64,000 bases of DNA from Octopus sinensis. Its lineage: Eukaryota. The position numbers were made by a program, and so were the translations under genes. Position 1 is the first letter of the stretch, and each line of letters starts with the position of its first letter. Positions 24,802-40,009 of this stretch are shown here, in pieces. The stretch is from contig NC_043004.1 in NCBI RefSeq assembly GCF_006345805.1, forward strand, positions 94,426,001 through 94,490,000, written 5' to 3'. Below the pieces are notes generated by a model, which did not search any database, was not told the DNA's origin, and saw only the letters and a program-made list of their open reading frames with translations.

Positions 24802-25264
24802 TCTTTATATTTTAGTTGCTATTATCATGTCCCTAATACATCCCTGCTGCTCTCCTGTTATGAACTAAAAGGTCTGGTTATTATTAATCATAAATACTTT
24901 GAAAATGTAATTAAATTTCAAAGGTAAAATGAGGTGAGTTGTTACTGGTGTTGTTGCTAGAATTGAGTAAACATTGACCAAGGAGATCTCATATTCAAAG
25001 GCAGTCCATCAGTGACTATCCTTCCTTAATGTCCTGGTAAAATGCATCTAAGACTACATATATGATCTAATGGTTATTTTGAAACATGACAAAATATTAT
25101 TTAAGGAAGATTTAGCCGATATTTCTCATTCCCAACAGGTGAGCAACCCTGTAGAGATAGTCTTGGTGATTTGAAAGCAGAGGAGCTGACAAGATTAACA
25201 TGGACATGGAATGATAATAGATAATGCATGAGGTTGTAAGAATTGTTATTAATATAACATATTC

Positions 25265-27500
<2,236 letters not shown>

Positions 27501-27832
27501 GATGAAAGAAAGTTTGTGAAATTGCTAAATTGATGCTCAAGTCGTCTTTGAGTTGGATTGACTCAGGTTTTGTATTTAGAAAGTTAAATAATGGATAGAA
27601 AATGTGATTATTATGCTTTGGTGGTCGCACGAGACAGGAGAATGGAAAGACTTGAGTTTCTCTCTCTTCTCGTCCAGTCAACGATGCAGGTGTCAGTTCT
27701 TTGTAGTGAATTGAAACTTTGTATTTTATTAGTGACCAGAGCAGTTGATACTAGATCAATCACTGATGCTGTCATCCATCTTACCTTCATGTAAGCTCTG
27801 TAGCAGTTGTTGCCTTCAATAAAATCCACCAC

Positions 27833-27833
27833 C

Positions 27834-27893
<60 letters not shown>

Positions 27894-27925
27894 GCACCAG
27901 CAGCAGCACCAGCACCACCACCACC

Positions 27926-27956
<31 letters not shown>

Positions 27957-27988
27957 CCACCACCACTACCACCACCACCACCACCACC

Positions 27989-28070
<82 letters not shown>

Positions 28071-28167
28071 CAGCACCAGCAGCAGCACCAGCACCACCAG
28101 CACCACCACCAGCACCAGCACCACCAGCACTACCAGCACCAGCACCACTACCACCACCACCACCACC

Positions 28168-28232
<65 letters not shown>

Positions 28233-28646
28233 CACCACCACTACTCCTATGAGAACAATGACAATGGCAATGATGATGATGATGATGACGGACAGCATGG
28301 AAATTATGAGGACAATATTATGATGAGGATGCGGCCGAGACCAAGAATGAGGATGAGGATGACAACAACAACGACCACCACCACCACCACCACTACTGCT
28401 ACTACTGCTACTACTGCTACTATGACAATAATGATAAATACCACAATGACGGCGATGACCATGACAGTGAAGACAACAATGACCACCACCACCACCACCA
28501 CTACCATGAGAACGACCACAGCAACAACGCCAACAACAATGATGATGACCAGCACCAGCACCAATACCACCACCACCACCACCACCATCACCACTAACAC
28601 TGCTGTGTCCACCACTGCTACCGCTATGCCACTGCTGCTGCTGCTG

Positions 28647-28697
<51 letters not shown>
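27833..28697. repeat. Compound trinucleotide repeat field (CTA/CCA/CAG/ACC/GAT)
   Basis: Seen directly in the sequence; it produces the 321-aa low-complexity ORF. Confidence 0.95.
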
Positions 28698-29096
28698 TTC
28701 CAAATTCAAACTCAAAAGGTGTTATTTTTTGTTCATAACTCCGCCTCTCTTAGGACATATAACTGTAGTTAAAGAAATAGTTGTGAAAAGAGATGAACTT
28801 CTGATAGGTGTATAGTGCTACAAATGTGATAAGTGACTAATCTGCACTGGTGTGATACTACTAAATCTACTACTACTTTATTTTTTACCTTTTACTTGTC
28901 TCAGTCACCGGACTGCAGTTATGCCGGGGTACTGACCTGAAGGGCTTGGTCAAACAAGTCAACCTCAGTACTTATTCTATAAGTCTTTGCCAAACTCCTT
29001 AGTTATGAGGATGTAAACAAACTAACACCAGTTCCCAACAGTTGTGGTGGTGGTGGTAGGTTAACACAAATAGGAAAACACAAGCACACAGGCGCG

Positions 29097-29144
<48 letters not shown>

Positions 29145-29665
29145 CGTGCACAGACACACATCCATTATCTGCAGTTGTGGTATCACAATCAATGTTGGAT
29201 TGGGTAACTAATATTTGTTGTTGATAGGATCCCATGGAAGTTATACCCGAGGTTTCTGTCACTATGACCCTCCCAAGAATAGTGGGCGGATACAATAAAT
29301 GGATATGCAACTGATGCTGCATTCAGTTAAAATAGACATCTATGTATCATACATACTGTTGAAAGGCCAGTTTGCTGGAGTATTTGCCCTGAAATAACAT
29401 CTCTTATGGACGTGTGCTACATATACAAATAGATCTCAGAGAGAGATGGAAATTCATTCCTGCAGCAGCCAGTGAGAATGCCCATTGCATAATGTCCTTT
29501 TTAGGTCTTTCCAGTGATACATACTTGCAACTATCCACATGCTTGGACAAAAATTCATCATCTCTGATATTGGAGAAAGTGATTAAAACATTCACTGATA
29601 TGACAAATAACCACTTGGTTGATTAAAAATCCAGTATGTGCAACTGAGTCAGTATTTAATTGAAA

Positions 29666-29896
29666 GGCGGTGAGCTGGCAGAAACGTTAGCACGCCGGGC
29701 GAAATGCGTTGCCGTATTTCGTCTGCCGTTACGTTTTGAGTTCAAATTCCGCTGAGGTCGACTTTGCCTTTCATCCTTTTGGGGTCGATAAATTAAGCAC
29801 CAGTTATGCACTGGGGTCGATGTAATTGACTTAATCCGTTTGTCTGTCCTTGTTCATCCCCTCTGTGTTTAGCTCCTTGTGGGTAGTAAAGAAATA
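29666..29896 (+). mobile_element. SINE family B, full length, with 15-bp TSD
   Basis: TSD AGTATTTAATTGAAA at 29651-29665 and 29897-29911. Confidence 0.92.
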
Positions 29897-30047
29897 AGTA
29901 TTTAATTGAAATTACATATCAATATTTTTAACACAGCATTTCCATAAGAGATGTCCATGTCATACCAGCATGGAACACGAATATTAAATGATGATGATGA
30001 AATGTATGCATTTACGATAGGTTTCCACATAGTTTCATCATTATCAT

Positions 30048-30365
30048 CATCATCATCATCATCATCGTTTAACGTCCGTTTTCCATGCTAGCATGGGTTG
30101 GATGGTTCGACCAGGGTCTGGGAAGCCAGGAGGCTGCACCAGGCTCCAGTGTGATCTGGCAGTGTTTCTACAGCTGGATGCCCTTCCTAACGCCAACCAC
30201 TCTGTGAGTGTAGTGGGTGCTTTTTACGTGCCACTGGCCCAGGTGCCAAGGGAGGCTGGCAATGGCCACGATTGGTTGGTGCTTTTTACGTGCCACTGGC
30301 ACGGAAGCCAGTCAAGGTGGCGCTGGCATCGGCCATGTTTGGATGGTGCCTTTTACGTGCCTTAC
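30048..30365 (-). mobile_element. Retroposon family C
   Basis: (CAT)n tail followed by CGTTTAACGTCCGTTTTCCATGCTAGCATGG; reverse complement of 4646-5012. Confidence 0.85.
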
Positions 30366-30989
30366 TCGTAAGGCATTAATCAGTCAGGGTCTTGAGAAGA
30401 AGATGTTTGCCCAAGGTCCTGTGCAGTGGGATTGAATCAATATAAACCACATGGTAGCAAAGCAAGCTTCTTTAATACACAGCCATGCCTGCATCAACAA
30501 TGAAGAAGCTTTGCAGCAATTGTTTTTACAGGCGTAAGTAAAACACATGGCAGCCAATGTCATCATTTTCCAAGTAAGATTGATCGAAATATATTGTAGA
30601 GCAGTGGGAATGATTGCTCAGCCATAGAGGCTGACAGCTGACATTGCTCATGAATACACGAAGAAAAAAGCCTTGCCTAAGGGTTCAACATAATGCCGGA
30701 GGCAAATGTCCTTAATCTTACGGTTTAACAATCGACTGTTTCTCTCCTTTACTTTCCTCTTTTACCTCGGCCACAAATCTTTCAGTCACCTTCCACCACA
30801 CCTTAGCAGACACGATCTTACCCATCCTCCACAACACTTCCAATAGAAGACATGGTGATAATTTATATTTTTGTTGCCATCAGTTTAAGACTAAGACAAG
30901 CTCTTAATCTCTCTTGTAGATTCCATAAATCTTCTTCCGTTCTTTCTAAAAATCAACCTGTCCTCCCTCCCTCCCATTCCACCTTCTCT

Positions 30990-32952
30990 TTATTTCTTTG
31001 TGTCTCTCTCTTATTCTGTCTCCCTATCTGTCTGCCTTGTCTGTCTCTCTTTCTGGCTTAATCTCTCTCTCTATATTTATAACCCTTATTTTCTTCTTTC
31101 TCTTGCTCTCTCTCTCTCTCTCTCTCTGTCTCTTTCTCTATTGTTTTATTGTCTTTGTATATGTCTCTTTATCTAACTATCTCTCAGTCTCTCTCTGTGT
31201 CTGTCATTATATTTCTCTCCATTACTTTCCATCTCTCTCTAATTTCTCCTCTCTTCATCTTCCTCTCTCTACCACTCTCTCTCTCTCTTTCTTTCTATCT
31301 CACTCTCTTTTTCTTTCTATCCCTCTCTCTTTCTCTTTCTCTCTCCCCCTCTCTCTTCACTTTCTCCCTTTCTCTTTCTCTCCTTCTCTCTCTGTCTCTC
31401 TCTCTCTCTGTATCTCTATCTCTCATACACAATCCACCCCCTTAACAACAAAGTAACAATATTCACAAAACAAAACTAAAACAAACAAACAAAAAACAAC
31501 AACAAAATAATAAAATATTTGAGATAAAACAAAACCAAACAATGAAAAGTGCAAAAATATTTTAAGAAGATTATTTCTAGATTTAACATTAAAATTTGGA
31601 ATTTAATTTTTAAAATTTAAAATTGTTTTTATCTATTTATATATTTTTCATCCTATTTTATTTCCATGTTTTGATTTTTTGACAATAAGAGTTGGTGGCG
31701 AGGGGGGGGGGATATTATTTTTTTTTGGCGTCTGTTATTTTTATGTTTTTCTTTACTTTTCTTTATTTGTTTTAGATAGAAAACATCCCAGCTTCTTTCC
31801 CACAATCCAATGGCAGTTCTCTCTTCTGATTTTCATTCGTCCACTTCATCATTCTACATCATCACTCCATTGTTGATGCTGAATATTTCCTGAAGGAAGT
31901 GTCTTCTTTAGGCTCCTCCTCCTCTTTTGCCTCTTCTCCGGTCTCTTCCCCTCACCTCTTCAAACCACCCCGCTTTACTTTCACCACTCTCACTGCTCCT
32001 CATGTGGGTGCCACCATTGTGGTATTGTCTTCATGGTCATCTCTCTCTCTTTTGTCCCATGTTTTGCGTTCCACCTTCCTGTCCATGATTTTGTTCTTCC
32101 TGGAAATGCTAGCTTATTGTTTGCCTTTATCAGATGTGTGGGAGAGCAAGAGAGGGAAAAAAGAGGGAGAGAGAGGGGAGAGGGAGAGAAAGAGTGAGTG
32201 AGAGAGAGTGTGAGAGAGGGAAAGAGGGAAGAGAGGAAGAGAGGGTGGGAAAAAGAGAGAGCAAGAGAGAGTGAAAGAGAGGGAGAGAGGGAGAAAGAGA
32301 GTGAGAGAGAGAAAGAGAGAGGAGAGAGACAGAGAGAGGAGAGAGAGAGGAAGAGAGAGAGAGAGGAGAGAAGAGAGAGAGAGTGAGATGGAGAGAGACA
32401 GAGAGAGGGAGAGAAAGAATGGAGAGAGAGAGAGGGACAGATGGAGAGAGAGAGAGAGGGAGAGAAGGAAGTGAGGGAGAGAGAGGGAGAATGAGAGATG
32501 GAGAAAGAGGGAGGGAGAGAAAGAGAGAGCGGGAGAGCAAGAGAAAGAGAGTGTAAGAGGGAGAGAGGAAGAGAAAGTGGGGGAGAGAATGAGAGAGAGA
32601 AAGAGAGAGGAGAGAAGGGAGAGAGAGAGAAAGCGAGTGGGGGAGAGAAAACAGCAAGAGAGAAAAGAGAGTAAGAGAGAGAAGAGAGAAAGAGAGAGTG
32701 AGAGTAGGGGAGAGAGAGATGGAGAGAGCTGGAGAGAGAGAGGGAGATAGGGGAGAGAGAGGGAGAGAAAGGGAGAAAGAGAGATCGGGAGAGAAAGAGA
32801 GTATTATAGAGAGAGAGAGTGAGAGGGGAGAGAGAGAAAGAGGGAGAGGGAGAGAAAGAGAGTGTTATAGAGAGAGAGAGTGAGAGAGGGAAGAGAGAGA
32901 AAGAGGGAGAGAGAGAGAGAGTGAGAGAGAGAGAAGAAAGAGAGAGAGAGAG
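30990..32952. repeat. Imperfect (CT)n (about 30990-31425) and (GA)n (about 32140-32952) tracts
   Basis: Seen directly in the sequence; source of the SL/RE-repeat ORFs. Confidence 0.9.
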
Positions 32953-33754
32953 ATGATGATGTATGTTGTTCTGATGTTTCTGTGGTTATACTTTTTCCCT
33001 AAACTGACTGGATTTTAACTTGCACAAGTGAAACCCTATTTTCCCATGTAGTTTTGCTAATTAACTTTATTAAATTAATATCTAGTAAAGATTTGTCAAT
33101 AGTTAAACCTACAGGGTGCATAGGTGTGTTCATGGGGGTCATCATCATCATCATCATCATTAACATTAAACATCCATTTTTCATGCTGGCAATCGTTTGG
33201 ATGGTTTGACAAGAGCTGGTAAGACCAGGGGCCCGCACCACTCACCATTATCTAGTTTCTATGGCTCAATGTCTTTTCTAATACCAACTACTTTACAGAG
33301 TGTACTGGGTGCTTTTTATGTGGCACCAGCAACGCTGCTTTTTACATGGCACCATCACACATGTTTTTTACGTGGATCCATCACCAGTGCTTTGATTATG
33401 GCATGATCACCAGTGCGTTATAGAATATCTTACAATTATTATAAAGGCAGGTAGGCTAAGTGCATAAAGCACTTGACTGCCTGTTCATGAGTTAAAAGTT
33501 CAACTCTACTGCTGGCAATGTGTTGTTTCTGAAGAGTGTCTCTTATTCTACATAACCTCAGTTCCTCTGACTGTAAGTGTGTTTCATAAAAGATGGAAGT
33601 CTATAGCAAATATGTTGCGAATGAAAGAACCTGTCTAAACGAGAATATAAAAAGGAGAAAGCAAAGTCTTCAGTGGTTTGTGGGGTCGACCGTGTCCTCC
33701 GCTTCATTTTTTGTAAATCACTCATTCTCATTTAATTGTATATATTTTTTATAT

Positions 33755-34056
33755 TCTCTCTTTTACTCTCTCTTTTAATTGTTTCAGTCATTTGACTGCG
33801 GCCATGCTGGAGCACCGCCTTTAGTCGAGCAATGCTAGAGGGACAAACACAGACACACAAACATACACACACACATACATATATATATACATATATATAC
33901 GACAGGCTTCTTTCAGTTTCTGTCTACCAAATCCACTCACAAGGCTTTGGTCGGCCCGAGGCTATAGCAGAAGACATTTGCCCAAGGTGCCACGCAGTGG
34001 GACTGAACCCGGAACCATGTGGTTGGTGAACAAGCTACTTACCACACAACCACTCC
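33755..34056 (-). mobile_element. SINE family A with internal deletion
   Basis: Lacks ~120 bp between ..TAGTCGAGCAA and TGCTAG.. relative to full copies. Confidence 0.85.
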
Positions 34057-34121
34057 ATATTTTTTACGTTTATATATTTGTTTTGCAAGATTTTTGATAT
34101 GAATCATGTGTTGAAACAGAT

Positions 34122-34278
34122 ATTGTTGTATTTAGGAATGGTCATTTTGGCAGTTTAGCCAATAAAAACACACGCACTATATATTTGGTGTTACGCTTAA
34201 GCAAAGTAACACCAAATATATAGTGCATGTATTTTTATTGGCTAAACTGGCAAAATGACCATTTCTAAATACAACAAT
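34122..34278. repeat. Long inverted repeat, 73-bp arms, 11-nt loop
   Basis: Arms 34122-34194 and 34206-34278 with about 4 mismatches. Confidence 0.92.
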
Positions 34279-34624
34279 GTATATATTTTAATTATTTGTT
34301 TATTCATACGTTTTGTCTCATTCGATACCCTGACCCCAATGTTTGTTTTGTTTGTCCTCGTATCGTCCCCTCTTTTTCTCAACCTCATGGTTAATACAGA
34401 AATTGACTGTTAAGATAAGAAATTTCATCTTCATTATTATCATTTAACATCCGCTTTCCATGCTGGCATGGGTTAGATGGTTTGATTGGAACTGGTAAAC
34501 CTACAAGTAAGGGTTTAAGAGTAAGTATCGTCTAATCTGGGAGAGCATCTGATCATAGAAAAAAGTCTGTCTCTGTGAGTTTTGTCTGATCCCTGAAAAC
34601 ATGGAAGGAAAAGTGGATGTTAAA

Positions 34625-34657
34625 ATAACAATGTTGCTGACGATAACGATGACAATG

Positions 34658-34688
<31 letters not shown>

Positions 34689-35040
34689 CGACGATGATGA
34701 CAATGACGATGATGATTACGACGATGGTGATGATGATGACGACGACAACAATGATGATGGTGATGATGACGACAATGACGATGATGTTGATAATTACAAT
34801 GACGATGGTGATGATGATGGTGATGATGATGATGATGATGATGATGACGATGACGATGTCTATGACGATGATGATGATGATGATGATGGTGATGATGACG
34901 ACAACGGCGATGATGTTGATAATGACAACGATGATGGTGATGACGATGACGACAACAATGATAACGATGATGATGGTAATGGTGATGATGGTGATGATGA
35001 TGATGGTGATGACGACGACGACGATGATGATGATGATGAA
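34625..35040. repeat. (GAT/GAC/GGT)n microsatellite
   Basis: Seen directly in the sequence. Confidence 0.95.
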
Positions 35041-35440
35041 ATTGGCATGTTATTAAGAGGGAAATTTTTCTCTTATCTGATTCATGTCATGAAATTGGAG
35101 CTAAGCAATGGCTGTCAAGGGTCTCTATCCTAATGTGCTGAAGGCATTTATTATTTTTTTTTTTAGATATAAATTTTTGTTGTTGATGTTGTTGTTTATT
35201 TAGCCTCAGGGCAGTCCTCTACTTCTTTTATAATTTCTTTTGCATCTCAAGTGCATTATAGGAATATAAATCATCTCCGATGCTTGACTTGTTCTTTATC
35301 CCAAAAAGGAAGAAAGGGCAAAATCGACTTCAGTAGAATTAGAACTCCAAATTCAAAGAACCATCAAAACAGACACACACACACACACACATAACCAAAA
35401 ACATTCTAGCTAAAACCACCAAACTTCAACAAGGAAAATA

Positions 35441-35958
35441 GCTAGTTATGAAATCTCAAGAAGAGATAGAGTAGTAGTGTACACTAAACAGTAAAGCGAG
35501 TAGCCTACATGGAAAACCAGCTGGTGGAGAAACCGCCTGGGGTTAAACTAGTTATAACATTCATCTGCTACTTTGATGTAGCTACTTGCTTTACTGTTTA
35601 GTATATGTTACTACTCTATCTCTTCTTGAGATTTTATAACTAGCTACTTTGCTTGTTGCAGATCAGTGACCGATGGTCACTTTGTCTACAATATATTGCT
35701 GTCAGAAGTGGATCTTAGCTATCACTCGACTGCACAGGTGGGCATGGCTGACGTGAGCCAAACAGCTCGAAACTGGCTGGTCCTGTGATCCTGTTAGCTG
35801 CTGGGGGGATAGTAGGGGTTCGCTCCCCCTGTTAGCGATGTATTGTACATGAAGGGTGCAGAGCTTGCACCGCAAACCAGCAAGCGGAAGAATCCGCCTA
35901 GGGTTAAACTAGTAGCAACATTCATCTGCCACTTTGATGCGGCTACTCGCTTTACTGC
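35441..35958 (+). mobile_element. Hammerhead-bearing element: 361-bp partial tandem repeat preceded by an inverted duplication
   Basis: Direct repeat 35513-35597 / 35874-35958 (offset 361). Inverted arms 35441-35510 / 35576-35644. Hammerhead-like motif at 35743-35787. Confidence 0.65.
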
Positions 35959-36221
35959 ACGAAACTTCTTTATTCAGGAATCTTCCGAAAATATATTATC
36001 ACTGTATCCTTCAATTTTCCGTATGGTAGGACATGCTCTGCTATTTCTAGTATGTCGAGCCATCACAGAAACTTCTTCCCTGACTCATTGGTATGGTTGT
36101 TGATAGTAGTGGTATCATGGTGAGAATTCTGGTGACATGCTGTGCTTGAGAAGACATTGTCAAGCTAAGTAAAACTGTGGTCATTCATGCATACAGGCAT
36201 TTATGTGCTTACTTGTATATT

Positions 36222-37084
36222 CTTTTATTCTTTCATTCTTTTATTCGTTTCAGTCGTTTGACTGTGGCCATGCTGGAGCACCACCTTTAATCAAACAAGG
36301 TGACCCCAGGACATATTCTTTGTAAGCCTAGTACTCATTTCAGTGGTCTCTTTTGCCAAACTGCTAAATTACGGGTGCGTAAACACACCAACATTGGTTG
36401 TAAGCGATGATGGGGGATAAACAGTGACACACAAACACACACACATATATGACAGGTTTTTTTCAGTTTCCATCTACCAAATCCACTCACAGGGCTTTGG
36501 TTGGCCCGAGGCTTTAGTAGAAACACTTGGCCAAGGTGCCATGCAGTAGGACTGAACCTGGAACCATGTGGTTGGTTAGCAAGCTACTTATCACTCAACC
36601 ACTCCTGTGAGTGTGTCTCTCTCTCTCTCTCTCTTACTTGTTTTCAGTCATTAGACTGTGGCCATGCTGGGGCACTACCTTGAATTTTAGTTGTATGAAT
36701 CAACACCAGCCCTTATTTTTTAAGCCTGGTACTTATTCTATTGGTCTCTTTTGCTGGACTGCTAAGTTACGGGAATGTAAACACACCAACACTAGTTCTC
36801 AAGTGGTGATGGGTGGGGACAAATACAGACAAACACACATTGATAGATATACACACACACACCACACACACACACATATATATATATATATAATATATAT
36901 ATATATATATTATATATATATAAATATATTGGGCTTCTTACAGTTTCTGCCTACCAAATCCACTCACAAGGCTTTGGTTGGCCTGAAGCTATAGCAGAAT
37001 ACACTTGCCCAAGATGCCATGCAGTAGGACTGAACCCTTAAACCATGTGGTTGGGAAGCAAGCTTCTTACCACACAGCCACTCC
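36222..37084 (-). mobile_element. Two adjacent SINE family A copies (36222-36606, 36633-37084)
   Basis: Reverse complements of family A. Confidence 0.85.
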
Positions 37085-37524
37085 TATATACTTTTTTTTA
37101 TTAATTTTCATTAAAACTGAAAACAATCTTCGCATATAAATAAGATATATGTATGTGTGTGCGTGTGTGTGTGTATGAGTATATGTGAGTGTGTGAATGT
37201 TTGCCTCTCCTTGTCTCGACGTCATCAGGTAGTTGTAACTGAGTGTCACTGTCATAGAAGTGGTATCGTTTATTTCCAATACTCTGTAAAAACATGTCAT
37301 GGAGAAATATTACCATGGGTGGAGACAGGTGAGGGTTGATGTTAGGAAGGGCATTCAGAGGAAGAAAATTTGCCTCGATAAACTCCATCTGAGCAACCCA
37401 TGCACGGAATAGCTAACCATTAAAATGGTGATGATGATGATAGTGAGGAGGAGGAGGAGGAAAAGAGGGTTTTGGTAATGAAATGGTTGGGAAACTGCTG
37501 CACTAGGGTAAGATTTGGGTTCTA

Positions 37525-37692
37525 GGGGCAACTGATACAAGGGGCAACTCATATCGGACAACTTATACCTGGACAATTGAATATCTAGGACAATTGATAT
37601 ATAGGACAACTGACTAATAGGACAACTGACATATAGGACAACTCATAACAGGTATAAGGTGATTAAGATTTTAATTTCGAAAGAGATTTTGC

Positions 37693-37726
<34 letters not shown>

Positions 37727-37976
37727 ATGAGTGTGTATGTGCGTGTGCGGTGTGTGTGTGTGGTTTGTATTTGTGCATGTGTGTAGTGTGTGTATGTATG
37801 TGTGTGCATGTGTGTTGTATGTGCAGTGTGTATTTGTGTATGTGTGTATGTGGTGTGTGTGTATGTGTGTGTGCGTGCATGTACATGTGAGTGAGGTGTG
37901 TGTGTGGTGTGTGGTGTGTACTGGTGTGTGTGTGTGTGTTGTGTGTGTGTGCATAAGTGTGGTATGTGTATTTGTT

Positions 37977-38007
<31 letters not shown>

Positions 38008-38019
38008 TGTGTGTGTGTA

Positions 38020-38051
<32 letters not shown>

Positions 38052-38508
38052 CTTGTTCATGTGTGCATATGTGTGGTGTGTGCAGTGTTCATTTATGTGA
38101 GTGTATGTGTATGTGGTGTGTGTTTGTGCATGTATGTGTGGGTGTGTATTTCTGTGTATGTTGGTATGTGGTATGTGTGTATGTGTGTGTGTGCATAAGT
38201 GTGGTATGTGTATTTGTTTGTGTGTGTGTGGTGTGTGTATTTGTTTGTGTGTGTGTGGTGTGTGTATGTGTATGTATTTTTGTGCATGTGTGTGGCGTGT
38301 GCAGCTAATTTATTCTTAATTGATATTTCTTTGAAAATTATATCTTTATCACTTTATACCTGTTATGAGTTGTCCTATATATCAGTTGTTCTAGATATCA
38401 AGTGTCCAGGTATGAGTTGTCTGATATGAGTTGTCCGATATGAGTTGTCCGATATGAGTTGTCCGATATGAGTTGTCCAGGAATGAGTTCTCCTGGTATC
38501 AGTTGCCC
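37525..38508. mobile_element. Foldback-type TIR element with modular ~160-bp TIRs and a (TG)n core
   Basis: TA|GGGGCAACTGATAC ... GTATCAGTTGCCC|TA. The TIRs are built of ~14-bp GGACAACTCATATC subrepeats, and the interior 37690-38305 is TG-rich microsatellite. Confidence 0.8.
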
Positions 38509-39203
38509 TAGCATGAAGATTTGATAGAGATTTAGCTGCTATATCTAACAGGCATTTTGGTCAACCACTTAAAAGCTCCCTTGTTGGCTTAATATCAGAG
38601 TACAAAGATTCTAAACATTACACATAAAACTTTCTCCTCCAAACCAAAGCGGAATCATCAATATTACATTCTTGTAATTTCCATTTATTTTGGAAATTTG
38701 GGAATTGCTTTAACGCATAACAGTTGCATTTCTATATTTATTCTTGACTTGATTTAAACTCTAGGGTACAATCTGAAGCTGAAAGGTCATTGCTCTGTCT
38801 CCGGAGAGGAATTTTGACAATCATATAATGAGATAAAGAAACGACTCTGTAATTTATGGGAATTAGTTTACAATCATTTTTTCCTCCCTTTTTGCGTATG
38901 CATCTTTTTAAAGCCCTGGTAAGTGCTTGAGTCCCATTGCTTTCTAATGTAAAGTTTTAATCTATTGACAAAGAGAGGTTTTACCGTTCTGATTGGAAGA
39001 TTTGTAATTTTCTATCTTTATCATTAGTCTATACACAGGTATGGCTGTGTGTTTAAATTTGCTTCCCAACCATGTAGTTTTGAGTTAAGTCCCATTGTGT
39101 GGCAACTTGCTGAAGTGTCTTCTATCATCGGCCCAAGTTAAGCAAAGCCTTGTGTGCAAATATGGAAGATGGAAACTAAAAGAAGCCTGCTGCATATATA
39201 TAC

Positions 39204-39257
<54 letters not shown>

Positions 39258-39289
39258 ATATATATATATATATTATATATATATATATG

Positions 39290-39569
39290 TTAGAAGAAAT
39301 GAGGTACTCAGAATATCGGATGGTTTATATTTACAGATATTTATTTGTATATTACATTTTTTATATATATATCATATCACTTAGATCATTAGTGGAGAAA
39401 GCACTAATGATCTAAGTTAGTTAGTTAGTTAGTTAATTTTTGGGCTCAAAAAGCAAAAAGCAAGGCCATGTAGGGGGACATATATGATATATATATAAAA
39501 AATGTAATATACAAATAAATATCTGTAAATATAAACCATCCGATCTTCTGAGTACCTCATTTCTTCTAA
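39290..39569. repeat. 88-bp inverted repeat enclosing a 15-bp hairpin and a CR1 3' tail
   Basis: Arms 39290-39377 / 39482-39569 (1 mismatch). Hairpin 39380-39416. (TTAG)n plus 3' UTR at 39417-39480 matches 42034-42100. Confidence 0.9.
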
Positions 39570-39709
39570 TATATAATACCTGTACATCATCTCCAAACCT
39601 TCCAATATATATATATATATTTTAATAATTGCTATTTAATCTTTTAGGCTGAATCGAAACAGCTGTAAGAGACTATGTTTGATTTTTGCAGATAATAAAT
39701 TTTTATTAA

Positions 39710-39929
39710 CCCTTTCGTTACTGTATTTATTTTGAGATGCTCTGTGTTTCTTTCAATTACGTTAAATATAACAAGGAATTTAGTAAAATAACTTAGTTAT
39801 CATTCAGCTAGTGTTAGGAACATAAACTGTGACTAAGGTTTGGTGGAAGATTTTAATTCAAAACTTATGTAAACAAGACATTTTTACTTAGAGCCTGAGC
39901 TGGTTTCAGCCGGGTTGGTAACAAAAGAG
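39710..39929. mobile_element. piggyBac-type MITE, 220 bp
   Basis: TTAA|CCCTTTCGTTAC ... GGTAACAAAAGAG|TTAA; a reverse-complement copy of equal length lies at 48771-48990. Confidence 0.88.
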
Positions 39930-40009
39930 TTAAATGCTATATCTTCATTTTCTCACTTTCTTTTAAATGATTATAAACCATGATACACACACACACACAC
40001 ATATATTAT

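Noticed and set aside
24816-24923. 108-nt plus-strand candidate exon (and a 102-nt minus-strand candidate at 61479-61580)
   Set aside because: Each has an open frame but mediocre splice sites and an unrecognisable peptide, so neither is distinguishable from chance.
27785-27840. Strong minus-strand donor AAG|GTAAGA
   Set aside because: The upstream sequence is microsatellite with no credible acceptor, and the distant acceptor near 28762 gives stops in all frames.
27807-28772. Longest ORF (321 aa, poly-L/P/Y/H/T)
   Set aside because: It is entirely compound trinucleotide microsatellite, the residue runs change where the repeat slips register, and there is no domain signal.
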